Position numbers and translations under genes: made by a program. Of a DNA stretch of 32,000 nucleotides, positions 1 to 7,246 are shown piece after piece. This DNA is from Sedimentisphaera cyanobacteriorum (GTDB taxonomy: Bacteria > Planctomycetota > Phycisphaerae > Sedimentisphaerales > Sedimentisphaeraceae): contig NZ_CP019633.1 of the NCBI RefSeq assembly GCF_001997385.1, positions 2,610,001 to 2,642,000 on the forward strand, read 5' to 3'. Under the pieces are notes generated by a model. It saw only the letters and a list, made by a program, of their open reading frames with translations, was not told the DNA's origin and did no database searches. The number at the start of each line of letters is the position of its first letter. The stretch's first letter is position 1.

Positions 1-2702
1 CAAACAATAATACTTATTATTGGAGAGTTGATGTTGTTGACGGTGATACAACTTATGAAGGTATTGTGTGGCAGTTCTCGGCTGCTCTGGAAGATGACCT
101 TCCTGTTGCTGCAGCTTATCTGCCTTTTGAGGATAACAGATTTGGCGGCGTAGATTATATTGATGATCAGGGCGGCGTTGCCGGCGATATAGCTATCACA
201 GATAATGGTGTTATCGGCAAGTATGCAAATTTCGTTAATCCAAACGATCCGGCGCAGGGTGATTCTCTCTATGCAGAACATCCGGGCGAGAGCGGTACTG
301 TTGCTATGTGGGCAAAATACGCAGATACTGCTGCTGTTAATTCTAATGCTGTGCTTTGGGATGCTTCTGTTGCAGGCAATGATTGGAAGCTTTACCCAGC
401 AGGGACATCTTTATATGCTCGTCTTGCTGCAAGCCAATGGGCTCCAAACATAACAACGCTTGAGACCCTCACAGATTGGTTCCATATTGCTTGGACATGG
501 GAAAAGACCGGGGAAAAAGCCGAAACAATTCTTTATATTGATGGTGTTGAAGTCAGCACTGAGATGCAGAATTTAGACGCTCATTCAGATGCATTCAAAA
601 TTGGCGGAGGCTTTTCATGGTATCCCAAGTTTGATGGCGGGATGGATGAGGCATATCTGTTTGAAAACGCACTTAACGCTGATCAGGTTGCAGCACTTAT
701 CACGGATGCTCAGGACGGAGTTCTTGCAACAAATCCAATACCCTCGGTATCAGAAACCGTTTACAACGAGCAGACTGCTTTAAGCTGGACGGCGCCAGCA
801 AGCGTTACATCTCCATCATACAACGTGTATGTCGCTGCTGACGAGCCGGTATTTTCAAATGTAACGCCTGTTGTTACAACAGAAACTTCAATTGATATTA
901 CAGTTGAAACTGCAACAACATACTACTGGAAAGTGGAAGTGGTTGAAGGTTCAACTGCATATTCTCCAATAATCTGGCAGTTTGATACTATGCTTGGCAA
1001 TGACCTTCCTGTAGCTCTTGCACACGTTTCTTTTGAGGACGACCAGATCAAAGGTGTTGCTTATGTTGACGACCAGGGCGATGCTGAAGGCGATATAGTT
1101 ATCACTGAGAATGGTATTATTGGAAAGTATGGTAATTTTACCAATCCTAACACAAATCCTCAGGGTGATTCTCTCTATGCAGAACATCCAGGCGAGAGCG
1201 GTTCTGTTGCTATGTGGGCAAAATACGCAGATACTGCTGCTGTTAATTCTAATGCTGTGCTTTGGGATGCTTCTGTTGCAGGCAATGATTGGAAGCTTTA
1301 CCCAGCAGGGACATCTTTATATGCTCGTCTTGCTGCAAGCCAATGGGCTCCAAACATAACAACGCTTGAGACCCTCACAGATTGGTTCCATATTGTATGG
1401 ACATGGGATAAGACTGGCTTGCAGGCTGATACTGTTCTTTATATTAATGGCGTTGAGGTTAGCTCTGAGGCCCAGAACTTTGATGCTCACGCAGATGTGT
1501 TCAGGATCGGCGGCGGCTTCTCATGGTATCCCAAGTTTGATGGCGGGATGGATGAGGTATATCTGTTTGATCGTGCCCTTACAGCAGATCAGGTTACATC
1601 TTTGATAACTGACGCAGAGGACGGTATTCTTGCAACAAATCCGCAGCCTGCTGCAGGTCAAGTTACTGCTTCACAGGTTTCTGATTCTCTGAGCTGGACA
1701 GCTCCTTCAGCAGTAACAGCTCCGACATATAATGTTTATTTTAGTACAAATCCAACTCTGCCTGCTGATACACAAGTGGCCGCTGGAATCTCTGCAACAA
1801 GCGTTGCTGTTCCTGATGGCTGCGTAGAGGGCAAGAGATACTACTGGAGAGTCGATGTAGTCGATGGCGATACAACGAATACCGGTATTGTATGGAGCTT
1901 CAAGTATTACTACCTTGACACTGATCTTAACAAAGATGCCTATGTAAATAATATTGACTATGCTGCAGTTGCAGACAATTATAACAAAAGCAATCTGACA
2001 GTCGGAACCGATATGCCAATTGATGACTTTGAAAGCTATGCTTCAACTTCTGAAATGAATGCAAACTGGCAAATTGTTCCAAATGATTATTTTACAGTAG
2101 TTAATGTTGGCCAAGGTGAGCTGGGTCTGCTGGGAACGGGTGATCCTAACTATGCCCCTTACAATGGTGACGGCGCATTAAAGCTTACCTACGACTTCAC
2201 TGACGGTGGAGCAGACTGGGCTATTGCAGATTTTATGTACGAGTTTGATACTCCGCAAGACCTTTCTGCCTACGATGAGTTTGAAATGTGGGTTAACTTT
2301 GGAGAAGCTAACAGCAAAGAACAATATTTCTATGTAAAGCTCTTCCAAGGCGGTATCGGCTGCGGCGGTACTGGCGGTGATGACGGTGATTACCGTCTCC
2401 AGAGCCCCTCACTGTATATTGCTGAGACTCCTGATGCTACAACTAACCAATCAACGGGCTGGAAGAAGATAACAGGCGATCTTACGCAATATTCAGACTT
2501 GACTGATATCCATGGTTTCCAGATCGGCTGCTCATCTGCACCGTTTACTTCAGATGCGTTTGGGACTGGTACAATTTTCTTTGATGATATCAAATTTGTA
2601 TTTATTCCGGAATGTACAGCGGCTATTGAAGGAGACTTCAACGATGACTGCGAAGTTAATATGTCTGATGTTAAACAGCTTTCTGAAGATTGGCTAAAAT
2701 GA
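1..2702 (+). CDS. Secreted LamG (Laminin_G_3-like)/FN3-like tandem-repeat protein with a C-terminal CBM-like beta-sandwich and dockerin-like Ca-binding segments. The 5' end lies outside the window.
   Basis: Frame 3 is open from nt 3: NNNTYYWRVDVVDGDTTYEGI precedes the GTG at 66, so the true start is upstream of the window. There are two ~302-aa units. Each has an FN3-like part (LSWTAP..Y.VY...YYW[KR]V[DE]VV) and a LamG-like part (VAMWAKY..DWFHI.WTW..LYI[DN]GVEVS..FDGGMDE.YLF..AL.ADQV). The C-terminus has a jelly-roll-like region (DDFESY...FFDDIKFV) and ends in GDFNDDCEVNMSDV. Confidence 0.85.
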   Translation, partial: NNNTYYWRVDVVDGDTTYEGIVWQFSAALEDDLPVAAAYLPFEDNRFGGVDYIDDQGGVAGDIAITDNGVIGKYANFVNPNDPAQGDSLYAEHPGESGTVAMWAKYADTAAVNSNAVLWDASVAGNDWKLYPAGTSLYARLAASQWAPNITTLETLTDWFHIAWTWEKTGEKAETILYIDGVEVSTEMQNLDAHSDAFKIGGGFSWYPKFDGGMDEAYLFENALNADQVAALITDAQDGVLATNPIPSVSETVYNEQTALSWTAPASVTSPSYNVYVAADEPVFSNVTPVVTTETSIDITVETATTYYWKVEVVEGSTAYSPIIWQFDTMLGNDLPVALAHVSFEDDQIKGVAYVDDQGDAEGDIVITENGIIGKYGNFTNPNTNPQGDSLYAEHPGESGSVAMWAKYADTAAVNSNAVLWDASVAGNDWKLYPAGTSLYARLAASQWAPNITTLETLTDWFHIVWTWDKTGLQADTVLYINGVEVSSEAQNFDAHADVFRIGGGFSWYPKFDGGMDEVYLFDRALTADQVTSLITDAEDGILATNPQPAAGQVTASQVSDSLSWTAPSAVTAPTYNVYFSTNPTLPADTQVAAGISATSVAVPDGCVEGKRYYWRVDVVDGDTTNTGIVWSFKYYYLDTDLNKDAYVNNIDYAAVADNYNKSNLTVGTDMPIDDFESYASTSEMNANWQIVPNDYFTVVNVGQGELGLLGTGDPNYAPYNGDGALKLTYDFTDGGADWAIADFMYEFDTPQDLSAYDEFEMWVNFGEANSKEQYFYVKLFQGGIGCGGTGGDDGDYRLQSPSLYIAETPDATTNQSTGWKKITGDLTQYSDLTDIHGFQIGCSSAPFTSDAFGTGTIFFDDIKFVFIPECTAAIEGDFNDDCEVNMSDVKQLSEDWLK
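255..489 (+). repeat. Copy A of the near-identical 235-bp core of an intragenic 906-bp tandem repeat
   Basis: Hand alignment with 1161-1395 (offset exactly 906 nt = 302 codons) shows only 2 mismatches: ccgggc/ccaggc and ggtact/ggttct. Flanking repeat sequence is clearly more diverged. Confidence 0.9.
1161..1395 (+). repeat. Copy B of the near-identical 235-bp core of the intragenic tandem repeat
   Basis: See copy A. A second shorter near-identical block lies at ~611-663 vs ~1517-1569 (ttctcatggtatcccaagtttgatggcgggatggatgagg). Confidence 0.9.
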
Positions 2703-2735
2703 AAACATCTCTTAACTAAATAAATTGTTTTGGGG

Positions 2736-2778
2736 CCGGCCTTAAGGTCGGTTTTGGGGGCCGGTTTCGACTGGCCCC
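2736..2778 (+). terminator. GC-rich double hairpin, probable intrinsic terminator of the LamG-repeat gene
   Basis: About 30 nt after the stop there is CCGGCC-TTAA-GGTCGG (one G-U pair) followed by TTTT. It is followed by GGGGCC-N10-GGCCCC (2757-2778). The two halves share the direct repeat TTTTGGGG(G)CCGG, so alternative pairings are possible. Confidence 0.5.
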
Positions 2779-2823
2779 TATTAAAAAAAGGCGTCAATGA
2801 AGAAATATAAAAAAGGAAAGACT

Positions 2824-3708
2824 ATGAGAAAAAAGGCCTTTACATTAATTGAATTGCTCGTAGTGATATCAATTATAGCATTGCTTATGGCAATACTTAT
2901 GCCTGCATTAGGAAGGGCAAGAGAGTCTGCGAAAAATGTAATTTGCGGTACAAACCTAAAACAGATTGGTGTTGGTACAGCAATGTATGTAGCTGATTAC
3001 AATGGACGTTTGCCTTCCGCAGTACCTTATGAAGAAAAAAATGAATCATGGAATCCAACTGGTACTGGCGCATGGTTCAATCCTGGCATATACGGCAGCG
3101 GCGGGGAAGTTTATATTGATGGAAAGACAAGAAACTATCCTGGTGTTGGTGCGTATATCGACGTTAGGCTGAAAGAAAATCCTCTTCAAAACAATTCTAT
3201 GCCTGAATCCGGCTCTGTTCTGTTATGTCCAAGTTTAACTAAAAGACAGCTCAATGACGTATTCCCTACAGGTGTATGTTATGGTATGAACTTTGAGTTT
3301 ACAACTGCATCTTTTGCAGGCGTTAGCCGCCCTGGGGACAGGGTTTTGTTTGCTGATTCAACATTTTATTTCTTTACTTATGACCGCATTCAAGAGCCAT
3401 GGATATCTCAGCCAAGTACTGCAACGGTCCTTTGGGATAAATACAGGGATTTGACAAGCGGATATCTCGGCGACTATCAGGAAGACGAGGTTTATGTGAT
3501 ACCTGGCAGACACGGTGCTGGAAATGGTTCTCAAAGTCATGAATCTGCGGAAAAGGGCAAGACTAATGTAATGTTTGTCGATGGACACGTAGAGGGCATA
3601 AACAGAAGCAGTTTAGATGAAAGTGCTGTTGACGACTCAAGGGATAATGTCCCTACTAAAGACAAAGTAGGCACTAGAATGATTGACAATGGTTTAAGGG
3701 ATAAATGA
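2824..3708 (+). CDS. Prepilin-type N-terminal cleavage/methylation domain protein, DUF1559 / H-X9-DG-like (type II pseudopilin-like)
   Basis: [29 protein letters not shown] is the classic prepilin leader plus hydrophobic helix. The C-terminal [10 protein letters not shown] resembles the DUF1559 terminus. I prefer the ATG at 2824, which has AGGAAAG just upstream and gives a short leader. The in-frame ATG at 2797 is not excluded. Confidence 0.85.
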   Translation: MRKKAFTLIELLVVISIIALLMAILMPALGRARESAKNVICGTNLKQIGVGTAMYVADYNGRLPSAVPYEEKNESWNPTGTGAWFNPGIYGSGGEVYIDGKTRNYPGVGAYIDVRLKENPLQNNSMPESGSVLLCPSLTKRQLNDVFPTGVCYGMNFEFTTASFAGVSRPGDRVLFADSTFYFFTYDRIQEPWISQPSTATVLWDKYRDLTSGYLGDYQEDEVYVIPGRHGAGNGSQSHESAEKGKTNVMFVDGHVEGINRSSLDESAVDDSRDNVPTKDKVGTRMIDNGLRDK

Positions 3709-3751
3709 TTTGTTAGATCAAATCATCAGCAGCGAGGATGAGTAAATAGCT

Positions 3752-4759
3752 ATGAAAATAACTGGAACATTTATAGATGAGATCACCCATGACATTCCTT
3801 CATCTAACTGGGGGGAAAGAGAATGGGAAGCTGATTTTCAAGCAATGAAATATATTGGCATTGATACTGTTATCATAATTAGGAATGGCTATCGCAATCT
3901 TGCGACATTTAACTCAAAGGTTTTGAGTTCCAATTTTGATATGATCAATGCTCCGATTGACCTGTTAGAACTCTTTCTGTCACTGTCTGATAAGTATGGC
4001 ATAAATCTATTCTTCGGAACTTATGACAGCGGCAAATATTGGATGAATGGTGATTATCAGCGAGAAGTTGATATTAATAAGGCTTTTACAGAAGAGGTGA
4101 ACGATAAATATGGTCATCATCCGTCTTTTCAGGGATGGTATATCAGCCATGAGATTGATACGTACAATCCTGATGTTATGAATGTTTACAGGCAGCTTGG
4201 AAACCACTTGAAAGGCCTGAGAGATATTCCAATTCTTATTTCACCTTATATTCATGGTAAAAAGCAATTTGCAGAAGATCCCACTTCTCTTGAGCAGCAT
4301 AAAGAATCTTGGGATAAGGTTTTTGCAGAGATAAGAGATTGTGTTGACATCGTCGCTTTTCAGGACGGCAATGTTGATTATGCAGAGCTTTATGATTATT
4401 TGCTTGTGAATTCTAAGCTTGCAAAAAAATATCAGCTGACAGGCTGGACTAATGTTGAGACCTTTGACAGGGATGTCCTAATCAAATTTCCGCCGATAAA
4501 CTGGCCGGCGTTATGCCACAAAATGGATGCAGCGACGAGATCTGGCGTGGATAAGATGATAACTTTCGAGTTTTCTCATTTTATGAGCCCGTTTTCAATC
4601 TACCCCGCGGCAAGGCATCTTTATGACAGATATTGTGAATCAGTTGGGTTGACTCCGTTGAATGCTGGAGTGGAATCTGATACAATCAGGTTAGGCGAGA
4701 TTCTGTCAGACAGGCTCGAAAACTCAATTGCTGATACCAGTGCCTTAAGTAATATGTGA
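3752..4759 (+). CDS. DUF4434-like glycoside-hydrolase-like TIM-barrel protein, no signal peptide (cytoplasmic)
   Basis: The N-terminus KITGTFIDEITHDIPSSNWGEREWEADFQAMKYIGIDTVII matches my memory of the DUF4434 family N-terminal signature. There is a GAGGATGAG SD-like sequence upstream. The ORF itself is well supported; the family call is moderate. Confidence 0.7.
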   Translation: MKITGTFIDEITHDIPSSNWGEREWEADFQAMKYIGIDTVIIIRNGYRNLATFNSKVLSSNFDMINAPIDLLELFLSLSDKYGINLFFGTYDSGKYWMNGDYQREVDINKAFTEEVNDKYGHHPSFQGWYISHEIDTYNPDVMNVYRQLGNHLKGLRDIPILISPYIHGKKQFAEDPTSLEQHKESWDKVFAEIRDCVDIVAFQDGNVDYAELYDYLLVNSKLAKKYQLTGWTNVETFDRDVLIKFPPINWPALCHKMDAATRSGVDKMITFEFSHFMSPFSIYPAARHLYDRYCESVGLTPLNAGVESDTIRLGEILSDRLENSIADTSALSNM

Positions 4760-4838
4760 GCCGATGAAATTGAGTATTCATGACAGAATATTTGTATGTT
4801 GTGAGTATTGTATTTCTTAAATTAAGGACTGGCATATA

Positions 4839-5996
4839 ATGGAAAACCAACTAGATAAATATCTTGATCTGTATAGAAAAGATCTTAAAGAATCTGTGGT
4901 TCACTTCTGGCTGAAAAATGCACCCGACAAAGTTAATGGCGGTGTTTTTACTTGTCTGGCCGAAGATGGCTCTGTCTATGATACAAAAAAGTATATATGG
5001 CATCAGGCAAGGGCTGTTTGGACATGCTGCAGGCTGTACAGGCATTTAGCGAAAGAGAACCGCTACCTTGAAACTGCTGAACTATGTATTGATTTTCTTG
5101 AAAGATATTCAACTGATCCTCATGGAAGATATTATTTTGGTGTGAGGATTGACGGGAAACCTTACTGTTATCAGGCAGAGTCTTATGAGCCGGTTTTCTG
5201 CATGATGGCATATCTTGAATATTCTATCGTTAAGAATGATGACAATTATTTCAATAAGGCCGTAAGTCTTTATAAGGATATCAAAAAAAACATATTTTTC
5301 CCGGAAGTGCTGAATTCTACACTGGCAGATCAGCATAATTTCAGCATTTTGGCAGATTCAATGGTTTTGATCGATATGGCCTGCCAATTATACGATTTAA
5401 CAAAAGAACAGATATACTGCGATGATATTGCCGTTTACTTTAAAACTGCTCAAAAGCATTATTTTGAAAAAATTGGTGCTTTGATGGAAGTGGTTTCTCG
5501 TGATTGGACCGACATTTCTGATATTTCCGAAGGTCGTCATTTTAGCCCCGGGCATTCTATAGAAGCCGCTTACTTTTTATTAGAAGCTCAAAAATATGCT
5601 GGCAGCCAGTCTTTAGGTTTTGACCCTCTAGATGTGATCAGAAATACTTTGCAGATCGGCTGGGACAGACAATACGGCGGCTTGCTGAATTATATTGACG
5701 TGCAAGGTAAACCATCGCTATGGCTGGAAGGCAATACAAAGCTTTGGTGGCCGCAGTTTGAGGCAATATATGCTGTGGTTTTGGCATATAAGCTCACTGG
5801 CGATGAAATGTGGCTGAGTTGGCTTGAAAGACTTCATAAATATGTCTATGAACATTTTTATGATTATGAAAACGGCGGATGGTTTGGTTTTTGTGATAGA
5901 GAAGGCAATTTGATAAATAAGGCTAAAGGAAGCCACTCAAAGGGCTTTTTCCATGTTCCAAGAGCAATGTTAAAAACTATTATGTTATATAAATAA
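4839..5996 (+). CDS. AGE-superfamily epimerase (N-acylglucosamine 2-epimerase / RENBP-like), paralog 1
   Basis: Motifs seen: FWLKNAPDKVNGGVFTCLAEDGSVYDTKKYIWHQARAVW, PGHSIEAAYFLLEA, KLWWPQFEAIYA and GGWFGFCDREG..SHSKGFFHVPRA. All are typical of the (alpha/alpha)6 AGE fold. Substrate (GlcNAc/ManNAc vs cellobiose/mannobiose type) cannot be fixed from sequence alone. Confidence 0.8.
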   Translation: MENQLDKYLDLYRKDLKESVVHFWLKNAPDKVNGGVFTCLAEDGSVYDTKKYIWHQARAVWTCCRLYRHLAKENRYLETAELCIDFLERYSTDPHGRYYFGVRIDGKPYCYQAESYEPVFCMMAYLEYSIVKNDDNYFNKAVSLYKDIKKNIFFPEVLNSTLADQHNFSILADSMVLIDMACQLYDLTKEQIYCDDIAVYFKTAQKHYFEKIGALMEVVSRDWTDISDISEGRHFSPGHSIEAAYFLLEAQKYAGSQSLGFDPLDVIRNTLQIGWDRQYGGLLNYIDVQGKPSLWLEGNTKLWWPQFEAIYAVVLAYKLTGDEMWLSWLERLHKYVYEHFYDYENGGWFGFCDREGNLINKAKGSHSKGFFHVPRAMLKTIMLYK

Positions 5997-6044
5997 AGCA
6001 AATTACCGTGGTATTATTCGCCCGGTAAATGCAAAGGATATGCA

Positions 6045-7205
6045 ATGGACGATAAGAAAACGAGAATAGGCGTAGTTGGCTGCGGAAAAAGGGTAGAGCA
6101 GGTTTTACAGGGTTTCTTGAATATAACAGATAATGTTCAGATCACAGCAATTTGTGATCCGTCTAAAGATTCAATCGAAAGCTTCTGTAAAAAATTTTCA
6201 ATAATGCCTGTTGTTTACGAAGATCACAGGGCGCTTTCAAATTCGGCAGATGTTGACTGGGTGATGGTCGGGTCGTGGAATTGCTTTCATCTTGAGCATG
6301 TAAAAGCAGCTTTTGAGGCTGGAAAAAATGTTTTTTGCGAAAAGCCCCTCGCTACAAATGCTTCTGATTGTATTGAATTATATAATGCTTGGAAAGCAAG
6401 CAGCAGCAAATTTATGATAGGTTTTACGCTGAGGTATTCTCCGCATTATCAGAAAATAAAGGAAGTTATAAATCTGGGTATAATCGGTAATCCGATAAGT
6501 CTGGAGTTTAATGAGACATTAGACTTCAACCATGGCGGTTATATTATGGGCGGCTGGAGAAGCCAGCGAGATAAGGCAGGCACACATCTGTTGGAAAAAT
6601 GCTGTCATGATATGGATGTTGTCAACTGGCTCATTCAAAGCAGGCCTGTAATGGCTGCCAGCTTTGGCGGATTAGATGTTTTTAAGCCTGAAAATTCAGG
6701 TATTGTTGATGAATTGAAGTGCAGCGCAGATAATAAAAAGCCATTTCATTCATGGGGGCAGACTGCAAACCCTTTTACAAATTTTAAGGATTTGGTTGAT
6801 AATCAGGTAGCAATAATTCAATATCAAAATGGTACACGCGCAACTTTTCACACAAACTGCTGTTCGGGCATACCTGAGAGACGAATGTATATCATCGGCG
6901 ATAAAGGCTGCATAAGAAGTGATGCGATAGAAGGTAAAATCGAATATCGAAGAATTGGTTTTGATGAAGAATTTGTTGATGTCAGCACCTCTGCTAAGGG
7001 CAGTCATGCAGGGGGCGATGAATATCTGTGCAAATGCTTGAAAGAGCTTTTTGACGGCGAAAGCGAGCCGCAGACGAGTATGTATGACGCTATTGTTTCG
7101 GCAGCTACTTGTTTTGGCATTGACGCAGCTCTGGATGAAGGTTGTGTTTATAATTATGCTGGTATCTGGCAGCAGATGGAAGACGTTTTTAAAGACCTTG
7201 GATAA
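6045..7205 (+). CDS. Gfo/Idh/MocA-family NAD(P)-dependent oxidoreductase, cytoplasmic
   Basis: N-terminal Rossmann motif RIGVVGCGKR and the family EKP motif (VFCEKPLATN). Length is 386 aa with no signal peptide. The family also includes NAD-dependent glycosidases (GH109-type), which cannot be distinguished here. Confidence 0.8.
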   Translation: MDDKKTRIGVVGCGKRVEQVLQGFLNITDNVQITAICDPSKDSIESFCKKFSIMPVVYEDHRALSNSADVDWVMVGSWNCFHLEHVKAAFEAGKNVFCEKPLATNASDCIELYNAWKASSSKFMIGFTLRYSPHYQKIKEVINLGIIGNPISLEFNETLDFNHGGYIMGGWRSQRDKAGTHLLEKCCHDMDVVNWLIQSRPVMAASFGGLDVFKPENSGIVDELKCSADNKKPFHSWGQTANPFTNFKDLVDNQVAIIQYQNGTRATFHTNCCSGIPERRMYIIGDKGCIRSDAIEGKIEYRRIGFDEEFVDVSTSAKGSHAGGDEYLCKCLKELFDGESEPQTSMYDAIVSAATCFGIDAALDEGCVYNYAGIWQQMEDVFKDLG

Positions 7206-7246
7206 CATATCAGAATCTTAACGCTTGAGATAAAAGGAGCAATGGC

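Noticed and set aside
205-1359. Two 82-aa alternative-frame ORFs (205-453 and 1111-1359) with almost identical products.
   Set aside because: They are by-products of the intragenic repeat read in another frame. The products are Leu/Gln-rich with no protein-like motifs, and they lie fully inside a well-supported CDS.
255-1395. Possible diversity-generating retroelement template/variable repeat pair, suggested by two near-identical 235-bp segments.
   Set aside because: The two mismatches are not adenine-directional: g/a in one direction and a/t in the other. Both copies are in-frame parts of the same repeat protein. No reverse transcriptase or accessory gene is present in the window.
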